Positions 1 to 11,093 of a stretch of 32,000 nucleotides of DNA are shown here, piece by piece. The position numbers were made by a program, and so were the translations under genes. Every line of letters begins with the position of its first letter. Within the stretch, counting starts at the first letter, position 1. Origin of the DNA: Methanocaldococcus jannaschii DSM 2661 (GTDB taxonomy: Archaea; AGJL01; Methanococci; Methanococcales; Methanocaldococcaceae); the NCBI RefSeq assembly GCF_000091665.1, contig NC_000909.1, positions 1,086,629 through 1,118,628 of the forward strand, in the 5' to 3' direction. The notes under the pieces are model-generated. The model had not been told where the DNA came from and made no database searches. It worked only from the letters and a program-made list of their open reading frames with translations.

Positions 1-435
1 ATAAAAGTTGATATTTATAATGTTGAATTTAATGGTGATTTTAGATTTTTTGTAAATATGGAATATCAAATTGTGATATCCGTTTTTAATGGAAATGCTT
101 ATTTTAGAGTCATAACTTTTAAAGGAAGTGTTTATTTTATAAGAACAATTTTTAATGGAGATGTTGATTTTATAGACACAATTTTTGAAGAAAATGCTTA
201 TTTTAGTGTCACCGCTTTTAAAGGGAATATTATTAATTTTAGTGGCACAATTTTTAATAAAGAATCTCATTTTAAAAGTACAACTTTTGAAGGAAATACT
301 TATTTTAGTGTCACAACTTTTAATATAGCAGAATTTTATAATTCAACATTTAAATCTCATGTATATTTTGATGATATATCATTTAATTTGTTGTCTTTTA
401 CTGATTGTAGATTTAGAGATGATGTATCATTTAAA
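1..435 (+). repeat. Intragenic tandem repeat: 33-nt (11-aa) unit with a 99-nt (33-aa) super-period
   Basis: The DNA string aatgcttattttag(a/t)gtca / aatacttattttagtgtca recurs at ~94, ~193 and ~295, about 99-102 nt apart. At protein level NAYF(R/S)V..FKG recurs every third unit. Confidence 0.7.
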
Positions 436-1158
436 AAAATAGATAAAGAAAATTTTAAAGGTTTAGCAATATTCCTTAAAACTCAATTTCTAAACAAACA
501 CACAACGATAGAAAACTTCCAATTATCAAAAACATCATTTTTAAAAACAGATGTTAGAGAAGTGCTATTATGTGATGTTAAAAAAGAAGAAATTTTAAGT
601 CATAAAATTTTAAGAATAAAAGAAGATAGTGGTAATAAAGATAAAGATTTAGAAAATAAACTAAAAGAATTATTAGGTTTGAGTTATAAGTATATTATAG
701 ACCAATTCAATTATAAATCAGTCCTTGCAGAATACAGAAATCTAAGAATATCCATTGAGAATAACAGAACCTACATTGAAGCATCCAACCTATACAAAAT
801 GGAAATGGAATTAATAAAAGAGTTTTCCAATGGCAGATTTGAAAAATTCATCATTGGGGCTTATGGAGCAATATCTGACTATGGAGAATCAATGGAAAAA
901 ACAGGTAAATGGATATTAGGCAGTATGATATTATTTACAATTTTAGCATCAATTTTAAGATTTAAAGGAATGGAATGGGATATTTTTAAAATAATAGAAT
1001 TTTGGTGGATTTCATTTTGGGAAGTTATAAGGTTATTTTTACAGATAGGAACGGAAGATAAATCATTATGGATATTAGAGCCAATTATAAGGGTTACATC
1101 TCTAATTTTATTGGGTAATCTCTATATAGCTGTTAGAAGAAAATTAAGTAGAAAATAA
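1..1158 (+). CDS. Phe-ladder solenoid-repeat protein (pentapeptide-repeat-like) with C-terminal membrane anchor; 5' end runs off the window
   Basis: The frame is open from nt 1, and the upstream residues (..YNVEFNGDFRFF..) continue the repeat, so ATG58 is probably internal. There are at least 11 consecutive ~11-aa units of the form F-x5-F-x4 (FNGNAYFRVIT, FKGSVYFIRTI, FNGDVDFIDTI ...). A charged Lys/Glu segment follows, then three hydrophobic helices (WILGSMILFTILASIL, IIEFWWISFWEVIRLFL, VTSLILLGNLYIAV). Confidence 0.7.
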   Translation: MKVDIYNVEFNGDFRFFVNMEYQIVISVFNGNAYFRVITFKGSVYFIRTIFNGDVDFIDTIFEENAYFSVTAFKGNIINFSGTIFNKESHFKSTTFEGNTYFSVTTFNIAEFYNSTFKSHVYFDDISFNLLSFTDCRFRDDVSFKKIDKENFKGLAIFLKTQFLNKHTTIENFQLSKTSFLKTDVREVLLCDVKKEEILSHKILRIKEDSGNKDKDLENKLKELLGLSYKYIIDQFNYKSVLAEYRNLRISIENNRTYIEASNLYKMEMELIKEFSNGRFEKFIIGAYGAISDYGESMEKTGKWILGSMILFTILASILRFKGMEWDIFKIIEFWWISFWEVIRLFLQIGTEDKSLWILEPIIRVTSLILLGNLYIAVRRKLSRK

Positions 1159-1159
1159 A

Positions 1160-1486
1160 TTAATCATACTCTCTCCATGTATGACCGCATTTCTTACACT
1201 TATAGAATCTTGTTTCTGGTTCATCAGCACATCTTGTTTGTTGTAGCCACCAGTAAGCTTCATTATGCCCACATTTTGGACATTCGATTCTTGTTGTTGG
1301 TAATGTCTCTAATCCCTCACTTTCAATAACAGTAATTTTTTCTTTCTTGTTCTCTAAGTGTTCCTTGTATTCATACTCCTTACTTCCTTCAGCTGTTGTT
1401 TCTTCTTCATAACCACAGACAGCACATTTTAACTTTCCATCCTTTGGTAGCATTAGGTTGTTACATTTTGGACAAAACTTAACCAT
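1160..1486 (-). CDS. tfs: Transcription factor S (TFIIS-like, RNA polymerase subunit M-related)
   Basis: N-terminal Zn ribbon CPKC..CAVC. C-terminal TFIIS-type ribbon CPKC..CKKC with acidic hairpin QTRCADEPETRF. SD gaggtgga lies just upstream of the ATG on the minus strand. Confidence 0.9.
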   Translation of the reverse strand: MVKFCPKCNNLMLPKDGKLKCAVCGYEEETTAEGSKEYEYKEHLENKKEKITVIESEGLETLPTTRIECPKCGHNEAYWWLQQTRCADEPETRFYKCKKCGHTWREYD

Positions 1487-1988
1487 TTTTCCACCTCATG
1501 TAATCTTTAATTATTTTTTCATGGTCAAAAGCTAATTTAGGCAAATTATTTAAATCAAAGAATTCAGCCTCTTTTGCATCATCTCCTGCTTTCAACTCTC
1601 CACCTATAACATCCAATATAAAGACGATTGAGATAACGTGCCCTCTCGGGTCTCTATCTGGAGATGAATAAACTCCCAATAAGCTTTTTACCTTTGGTAT
1701 TAAACCAGTTTCTTCTTTAATCTCTCTAACAACTGCCTCTTCAACAGTTTCTCCACATTCTACAAAACCTCCTGGAAGGGCAAAACAACCTTTAAATGGA
1801 TTATTTTTTCTTTTTATTAGCAGGATTTTATTATCTTTCTCAATAATTCCATCAACTGCAACCGCTGGATGAAGATATAGCCTATATTTTTTTAAATCTC
1901 TCTTTTTTATGATTTTTTTAGAGTATCTCTTTCCAAACAAATTTAGGGCAAATATTTTTCCGCTTATACAGAAACATTTTTTAGCCAT
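1479..1988 (-). CDS. NUDIX hydrolase (ADP-ribose pyrophosphatase-like)
   Basis: Nudix box GGFVECGETVEEAVVREIKEETGL fits GX5EX7REUXEEXGU. Its stop overlaps the tfs start by 8 nt, which suggests an operon. Confidence 0.85.
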   Translation of the reverse strand: MAKKCFCISGKIFALNLFGKRYSKKIIKKRDLKKYRLYLHPAVAVDGIIEKDNKILLIKRKNNPFKGCFALPGGFVECGETVEEAVVREIKEETGLIPKVKSLLGVYSSPDRDPRGHVISIVFILDVIGGELKAGDDAKEAEFFDLNNLPKLAFDHEKIIKDYMRWKNG

Positions 1989-2056
1989 GCTCTCACTTAT
2001 ATATATAAAAACTTCATTAAAAATATAGGGAGAGATATTTAAAATTTGTGGTGCTT

Positions 2057-2602
2057 ATGAAGGATGAAGTAGAGGTTATAGGTTTTGATGACGCTCCTTT
2101 TAATAAGGCAGATAAAGTGTGTATCTTAATAGGCACGTATATGAGGGGGAATAGAATAATAGACGGCATTTATTTTAGAAAATTTAAGAAGGATGGAATG
2201 GATGTTACAGAGAAGATAATAGATATTGTTAAAGAAAAGCATTATAAAAAAATAAAAGTAATTTTTTTAGCTGGAATAACTTTTGGAGGATTTAATATAG
2301 CTGATTTATGGGAAATTAATAAAGAGACTGAAAAACCAGTTATTGTCGTTATTGATAAGTATCCAAACAAGGAGAAGATATTCTTAGCCCTTAAAAAATA
2401 CTTTGATGATGCTGATGAAAGGATAAAGCTTATAAACAGCTTTCCAGAGCCAGAGAAAATGGAAAATATTTATGTTCAGTATGTTGGAGCTGACAAAGAA
2501 TTTGTTAAAAATGTTATTAAAAAAACGAAGCTTAAAAGTAAAATTCCAGAGTGTTTGAGAATATCTCATTTAATTGGTAGGGGTTTTTTGGGATTAAGAT
2601 AG
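2057..2602 (+). CDS. UPF0215/DUF99-like protein (EndoV-like fold family), function unknown
   Basis: Family assignment is from memory of the N-terminal VIGFDDAPF-type motif and the size. The track start GTG2048 lies in the SD (tgtGGTGctt), so ATG2057 is preferred. Confidence 0.55.
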   Translation: MKDEVEVIGFDDAPFNKADKVCILIGTYMRGNRIIDGIYFRKFKKDGMDVTEKIIDIVKEKHYKKIKVIFLAGITFGGFNIADLWEINKETEKPVIVVIDKYPNKEKIFLALKKYFDDADERIKLINSFPEPEKMENIYVQYVGADKEFVKNVIKKTKLKSKIPECLRISHLIGRGFLGLR

Positions 2603-2613
2603 AAATACATATT

Positions 2614-2648
2614 GTTAAAATCAGACTCCTGAAAATGAAGATTTGAAA
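2614..2648. repeat. Solitary degenerate CRISPR-repeat-like sequence
   Basis: The sequence is gTTAAAATCAGACtcctgaaAATGaAgATttgaaa. Its first 12-13 nt and the AATGgAaAT-like tail match the Methanocaldococcus CRISPR repeat as I remember it (ATTAAAATCAGACCGTTTCGGAATGGAAAT). The centre is diverged and there is only one copy in the window. Confidence 0.3.
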
Positions 2649-2720
2649 AAGATATTTATATATTAAAATATAAGTTCTATATAGTAGTATGTTCAAAAAT
2701 TAAAAATTTTAGTGATTATT

Positions 2721-3053
2721 ATGAAACCACGAAATAAAAGAAATAAAAAATTTAAAAAACCAGAATGGTTAATTGAAGTTGAAGATAAAATTGAAAAAAT
2801 GGCTGATGAGGAATTTGATAAATTATTTGAGGAAATCTATGAAAAGTTAAATAGAGGAGGATTAAGAGAGGTTTTAAATGTGCATAAAACTGATAAAAGT
2901 AAATATAAAAAATACAAAAAACCAAAATGGTTGATTGAGGCAGAAAAAGAATTAGAAAAGGCTATTGAAACGGGGGAATATTTTAAATGGTTGAAAGAGC
3001 AAGGAGAAAAATATAGAAAACAAAAAAAAGAAATAAAGAAAAATAATTTTTAG
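2721..3053 (+). CDS. Lys-rich mini-protein, two copies of the KKP(K/E)WLIE(A/V)E module
   Basis: SD GTGAT at 2712-2716 followed by ATG2721. The modules are [23 protein letters not shown].. and [24 protein letters not shown].. Confidence 0.6.
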
Positions 3054-3061
3054 TGGTGATT

Positions 3062-3274
3062 ATGAAAAAACATGTAAAAAGGATTGTTAAAAAATACTTA
3101 GGAAGTAAAAAAGCTGAGTCAGAGGAGGAAGATATTCTACCAGATTGGATTGTAAAAGTTAAAAACGAAATTGAAAATATAACTTATGAAGAATATGTTA
3201 AGGATGTAGATAAATTTTTTAATGAGGTGAAAAAGAAAGGTATTGAAAAAGTGTTATTTGATGATATAAAATGA
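3062..3274 (+). CDS. Mini-protein, diverged copy of the same module
   Basis: SD GGTGAT at 3055-3060 followed by ATG3062. The module is LPDWIVKVKNEIENITYEEYVKDVDKFFNEVKKKGIEKVLF, which aligns with the other units (PxW[LI][IV]..E..EE..KG[IGL]..[VL][LF]). Confidence 0.55.
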   Translation: MKKHVKRIVKKYLGSKKAESEEEDILPDWIVKVKNEIENITYEEYVKDVDKFFNEVKKKGIEKVLFDDIK

Positions 3275-3459
3275 AAGAAAATATATTAAAACAAAAATGG
3301 GCGAAAATTATGAAAAAACACAAATACAAAAAACCAAAGTGGTTAATTAAGGCAGAACAAAAAGCAGAAAAAATGACATTAGAAGAGGAAAAAGAATGGA
3401 TTGAAAAGGCAATAAGAGTATATAAAGACAAAGGAATTGATGGATTATTTGAAATCTAA
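3271..3459 (+). CDS. Lys-rich mini-protein, one KKPKWLIKAE module
   Basis: ATGA start/stop overlap with the preceding ORF at 3271-3274. The module is [45 protein letters not shown]. An alternative start at ATG3311 is possible. Confidence 0.55.
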   Translation: MKENILKQKWAKIMKKHKYKKPKWLIKAEQKAEKMTLEEEKEWIEKAIRVYKDKGIDGLFEI

Positions 3460-3611
3460 TAAAAAGAGTAAATGTTGATGATATTAGGTTCTACACAAAC
3501 AATCACTATGAAATTTAGAATTCCTTACTATGTTGATAAAGAAAAATTCAAAAAAAGAAGTTAAAAAGTATGTTAAATACAAACTTTTAGCTGAAGAACT
3601 TTATAAACTAT

Positions 3612-4967
3612 TTATAATTTAACAAAATTATTTAAACAATAAACATACGTCCTCCTATTAAATCTCTCTTTTATTAAACCGCAGAATATCAATTTATGCA
3701 ATTCATTGTAAAACTCTTTTGGTGAAATGCCTCTTTCCTTAGCAATCTCTAAAAATCTTCTCTTTCCAGTAATTGTCCCATATTCTTTCAAAATGTCAAT
3801 TAACTTGCTTTCAACCTTAACATCTAACTCTTTTAAGATTTTATTTATCCTGTCCTTTACATTGTTCTCTCTAAGCTCTTTAATTTTTTCTTTTGGTGCA
3901 TAGATTGAAATATTCCATAATCTCATCTCAGAGGGCTTTAAGCTCTGAGCTAATGGAGAAACTTCATCCAATCTTTTAACGCCTTCATCTGAGATTATAT
4001 AAACGTTATGCTCTTCCATTTTAGGAATTGGATAGATATCGATAAATATATCCCATCCGAATTCCTCATAAAACCTACTTTCTAATGATAATATTTGTTT
4101 TTCATCTAAATTGACAAAAATCCATTTTTCTATTGGATTTAAATCAAAGTAACTATAGGTGATGAGATTTTTATAGAGATTTCTCCTGTCTATTCTCTCC
4201 ATCAAATAGTTTTCAGAAATCCTCAAAAATGAAACAAGTGCAATATCATCCATGTTAGCTAAATCTTTTATATCCAAATTTTTTTCTTGTATTTCTTTTA
4301 TTACTGCCCTCTTTATCATAGTGTCCGCTATTCTAACTGTTGGATGCATATAAACAGCTGAATACATCTGATGCCTCGCAACTAATAGCGATTCAATTGC
4401 TTGAATTCCCTTCTTTAATATCCCTATCTTAACTTTTCCAAAACTCTCAAAGGTTGTTATACTCCTCAGAATTCTTGGTAAATCAATCATCCCATAAGCT
4501 GTTCCTGTGTGGTAGCTATCCCTCAATAAATAATCCATTCTATCAGCATCAACATCTCCAGAAATTATCTTACCCTCTAAATTTTTCCTATTTAAGGTTT
4601 TAATTATTTCGCTCTTTGAAAAGTTATCTAAATTCATATGTTTGATTTTCTTTCTGCCAAAAACTTCATGACTGTAGCCACAAATTTCCAATGTGTGAGA
4701 GAATGGAGGATGTCCAATATCATGCAATAAAGCGGAGACTCTTGTAAGCTCAACATCTGCATTAATCTTCTCTGCTATTTTTGAGGCAATAAACATAGTT
4801 CCTAAGGAATGTTCAAACCTTGTATGATTTGCTGATGGATAAACTAAGTATGTTAAACCAGTCTGTTTTATATTTCTCAATCTCTGAAATTCTTCGCTAT
4901 CAATAATCTCCAGCTCTTTTTCATCTAAATATATATCTTTGTGGATAGAGTCTCTAATAACCTTCAT
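3612..4967 (-). CDS. HD-domain phosphohydrolase of the dGTPase/SAMHD1-like (COG1078-type) group, with a C-terminal winged-helix-like tail
   Basis: Motifs present: RFEHSLGT, LLHDIGHPPFSH and DADRMDYLLRDS. The C-terminal ~60 aa (RRFLEIAKERGISPKEFYNELHKLIFCGLIKE) looks like a wHTH. Confidence 0.75.
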   Translation of the reverse strand: MKVIRDSIHKDIYLDEKELEIIDSEEFQRLRNIKQTGLTYLVYPSANHTRFEHSLGTMFIASKIAEKINADVELTRVSALLHDIGHPPFSHTLEICGYSHEVFGRKKIKHMNLDNFSKSEIIKTLNRKNLEGKIISGDVDADRMDYLLRDSYHTGTAYGMIDLPRILRSITTFESFGKVKIGILKKGIQAIESLLVARHQMYSAVYMHPTVRIADTMIKRAVIKEIQEKNLDIKDLANMDDIALVSFLRISENYLMERIDRRNLYKNLITYSYFDLNPIEKWIFVNLDEKQILSLESRFYEEFGWDIFIDIYPIPKMEEHNVYIISDEGVKRLDEVSPLAQSLKPSEMRLWNISIYAPKEKIKELRENNVKDRINKILKELDVKVESKLIDILKEYGTITGKRRFLEIAKERGISPKEFYNELHKLIFCGLIKERFNRRTYVYCLNNFVKL

Positions 4968-5241
4968 TCTCTCCCAGAGCTTTTGATTTTATCTTTTTTT
5001 TGAGATTTTCAATCATATTACATTCTTAATTTATTTTAGAGACATGAATATTTGAAAATAAAGATTATATAAAACAGTATTTATACTTTATGGAAAAATC
5101 TTTATGAGGAAATATGATGCCTTTAGGAATAAATACCTCCATAGAATATATATAAACTGCGAAAATTCTATATTAAAAAAAGAAAATTGACATTAAAATT
5201 TATGCCATTTTTGAAAATAAAACTAAAATAAAAATTAAAGT

Positions 5242-7053
5242 TTAATTTAACCTATTCTTTTTGTTTTTATCTTTTTTCTGCTTTTTCTTCTTTTCCATCT
5301 GCTCCATAATCCACCTATAAATAACCCCCTTATATCCAACCATTTTAAATCCTTCTAAAGCCTTTTCCCAATTTTCTTCCTCCCTATATAGGCAGATAGC
5401 TTTTTGAATCTTCTTTTCTCTATAAGTGTAAGGAACATAAACTTTTTCATTAGTTATTGGATTTATGCCAGTGTGATACATTGTTGTTGATAGTGTCATA
5501 GGTGTTGGTGTAAAAACCTGAACTTGCCTTGAATAGCAGTTATTTTTATGGATAAATTCTGCCAACTCAATCATCTCTTTAATAGAACAGTTTGGATGGG
5601 CAATAAGCCAATATGGCAAAACTTCTTTAATTCCTCCAACTTTTTCAGCTATCTCTCTATATTTCTCTAAAAATTTTTTAAATAACCTTCCATCAGGTTT
5701 TTGAATAGCCTTACAAACTTTTTTAGAGATGTGTTCAGGAGCTACCTTCAATCTTCCAGAGACATGGTATTTGGAGAGTTCTTTTATATAATCCTCTCCA
5801 TATTCCTCATCATACATTATTAAATCGTATCTAACCCCACTTCTAACATAAACTCTAACATCATCTCCAACGATATCTCTAATCTTCCTATAGAGCTTAA
5901 TTAGTGGTTTATGATTTATGATTAAATTCTCACACGGCTCTGGATATAGGCAATTTTTTGGACATCTATCTGCTAAACCTTTTTTACATCCCATTCTATA
6001 CATATTTGCTGTTGGAGCTCCAATATCTTGAATAACGCCTTTAAAATCTTCATGATTCAATAATTTTCTAATTTCTTTTAAGATGCTTCTTTCACTCCTA
6101 TTTTGAATAACCTTACCTTGATGATGTAGTATTGAGCAGAAAGAACAGCCACCAAAACAACCTCTATGTGTTACAACTGAAAATTGAACTGGAACAATTC
6201 CTGGGACATAAGAATAGGAGGGATGAGCTCTTCTCTCAAAAGGCATCTCATATATTTCATCCATTTCCTTTTCAGTTAAATAAATTGGTGGAAATTGAAC
6301 TAAATATTGATTTCCAACTTTTTGATAAATAACTTTATCCATTGTCATTAATTTTCTATGCATTTCAGCGTATTTTTCTTTGCTATTTACAACTTCTTCA
6401 TGAGAAGGTAGTTCTTTTGTCTCATATCTCTCCTTTATATCCCCTATCTTTCTTTCATTAACTCTAACTACAGTTCCATTTATTTCTAAGTCTTTTATGT
6501 TCTCTCCACTTTCTAATGCCTTAGTTATTGCTAAAATACTCTTTTCCCCCATCCCATACATTAAAATATCTGCCTTTGAATCAATTAAAACACTCTTCCT
6601 AACTTTATTATCCCAATAGTCATAATGGGAAAATCTTCTTAAAGAAGCTTCAATCCCTCCCAGAGCTATAGGAACTCCCTTGAAAGCCCTTTTTATTAAA
6701 TTAGTATAAACAATTGTAGCCCTATCTGGTCTCTTTCTTATCCCTTCATTAGACATTGAGTCAAAATCCCTCAACCTCTTTTGTGGTGTATAGTGAGCTA
6801 ACATACTATCTAAATTCCCAGCAGTTACTGCAAAAAAGTAATTTGGCTTTCCTAATCTCTTTATATCATCTAAATTTTTCCAATCTGGTTGTGCAATAAT
6901 CCCAACTCTATAACCATGCTCTACCAAATACCTTCCAACAACAGAAGCTCCAAATAGATAGTGGTCTATGTAGGCATCTCCAGTAACAATAATAATATCC
7001 AATTCTTCCCATCCCCATTCATCCATCTCTTCTTTAGTAGTTGGCAAAAACAT
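5242..7053 (-). CDS. Radical SAM protein, YgiQ/UPF0313 family
   Basis: CFGGCSFC matches the CX3CX2C cluster motif. The ~600-aa size and long N-terminal domain are typical of YgiQ. There is a Lys-rich C-terminal tail, and an SD GTGAT upstream of the ATG. Confidence 0.8.
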   Translation of the reverse strand: MFLPTTKEEMDEWGWEELDIIIVTGDAYIDHYLFGASVVGRYLVEHGYRVGIIAQPDWKNLDDIKRLGKPNYFFAVTAGNLDSMLAHYTPQKRLRDFDSMSNEGIRKRPDRATIVYTNLIKRAFKGVPIALGGIEASLRRFSHYDYWDNKVRKSVLIDSKADILMYGMGEKSILAITKALESGENIKDLEINGTVVRVNERKIGDIKERYETKELPSHEEVVNSKEKYAEMHRKLMTMDKVIYQKVGNQYLVQFPPIYLTEKEMDEIYEMPFERRAHPSYSYVPGIVPVQFSVVTHRGCFGGCSFCSILHHQGKVIQNRSERSILKEIRKLLNHEDFKGVIQDIGAPTANMYRMGCKKGLADRCPKNCLYPEPCENLIINHKPLIKLYRKIRDIVGDDVRVYVRSGVRYDLIMYDEEYGEDYIKELSKYHVSGRLKVAPEHISKKVCKAIQKPDGRLFKKFLEKYREIAEKVGGIKEVLPYWLIAHPNCSIKEMIELAEFIHKNNCYSRQVQVFTPTPMTLSTTMYHTGINPITNEKVYVPYTYREKKIQKAICLYREEENWEKALEGFKMVGYKGVIYRWIMEQMEKKKKQKKDKNKKNRLN

Positions 7054-7064
7054 AAAATATCACT

Positions 7065-7396
7065 TCAAATACTTATTAAAAATTTAGACGCTAAATAGTA
7101 AATAACTACACTAATTAAAATTGATATTCCTAAGTTATTCCATTTTTTGTATGAAACTATTGCAAATATTAGTGAGATTGTGCTAATTAAAACATTACTA
7201 AAGATAATTGGAAATTTTATAAAAGATGTGATAAATAATGCGGAGATTACTGAAGTTGAAGAGTATATTAGTATCTCATTTATCTCTTTAACCTTTTCGT
7301 CGATATTCTTTATTTTGCTATGTAAATGTATTGGGATGTATCTTATTAAATAAGTCCCAACAGCCACAAAAATAATTGCTAAAATATTTTTATCCA

Positions 7397-7397
<1 letters not shown>
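7065..7397 (-). CDS. AzlD-like small membrane protein
   Basis: 110 aa with several hydrophobic helices and an N-terminus ILAIIFVAVGTYLIRYIPI typical of AzlD. SD GGTGA upstream. TAATG overlap with the upstream AzlC-like frame. Confidence 0.45.
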
Positions 7398-10518
<3,121 letters not shown>

Positions 10519-10562
10519 TTATAATAATTTTCTCACTGGAGATAATATACCGTTGAAGTTCT

Positions 10563-10570
10563 ATATAAAC
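10563..10570 (-). promoter_or_regulatory. Candidate TATA box for cdc48
   Basis: TTTATATA on the minus strand, ~72 nt upstream of the ATG. Position only; there is no transcript data. Confidence 0.3.
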
Positions 10571-10610
10571 CTTTCGGTTTTGTTCATATTTGTGAAATAA
10601 TTATACACAA

Positions 10611-10970
10611 TCATTTATTTTCTGGAATATCTAATATATGGAACTGATAAACCCTTGTAAATCCGCAATTTCTACATCTAACAATCATTTTCGTCTCAGT
10701 TATTGCAATATCTTGTGTAGCCTCTTTTTTACAGTTAAAGCACACAGCAGTTTTCTCTAAGAACCATGGTTCATACTTATGCTTCTTATTTTTTTCATCT
10801 TCAATTATACTTTCATCTTCAATCCCCACCCTTCTTAATATGTAATATCTTGTAGCTCCACAGTTGCTACATTTAACAAATGCCTGATTTGTGTAAATCT
10901 CAATTATCTGGTCTGCCTCCTTTTTACAATTAAAACATACTGCTAATTTTTTTAACTCCCATTTTTCCAT
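10611..10970 (-). CDS. Tandem-duplicated zinc-ribbon protein, unknown function
   Basis: Two homologous halves: AVCFNCKKEADQIIEIYTNQAFVKCSNCGATRYY and AVCFNCKKEATQDIAITETKMIVRCRNCGFTRVY. GGTGATTTTATG supports a start at 10970 rather than 11000. Confidence 0.65.
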   Translation of the reverse strand: MEKWELKKLAVCFNCKKEADQIIEIYTNQAFVKCSNCGATRYYILRRVGIEDESIIEDEKNKKHKYEPWFLEKTAVCFNCKKEATQDIAITETKMIVRCRNCGFTRVYQFHILDIPENK

Positions 10971-11093
10971 AAAATCACCAAAATGTTGGATTCCCCACAT
11001 AACTTATACATTAAAAAATTTATGTTATGTTATATTATATATTATTTTTTAATTTGCCATTTATATAATCATATATTTAATTTGAGGGAAATT

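Noticed and set aside
3472-3622. A possible ~49-aa ORF split by a +1 shift at an A7 run (3550-3556): MLMILGSTQTITMKFRIPYYVDKEKFKK / EVKKYVKYKLLAEELYKLFII.
   Set aside because: It has no SD and no recognisable family. The A7 run reads as T7 on the minus strand ~55 nt after the HD gene stop, which is better explained as that gene's oligo-T terminator.
10983-11093. A 37-codon N-terminal extension of the TtuA-like gene, overlapping the divergent zinc-ribbon gene.
   Set aside because: The translation (MLDSPHNLYIKKFMLCYIIYYFLICHLYNHIFNLREI) looks like translated AT-rich promoter DNA containing a TTTATATAA box. The conserved zinc finger begins right after ATG11094.
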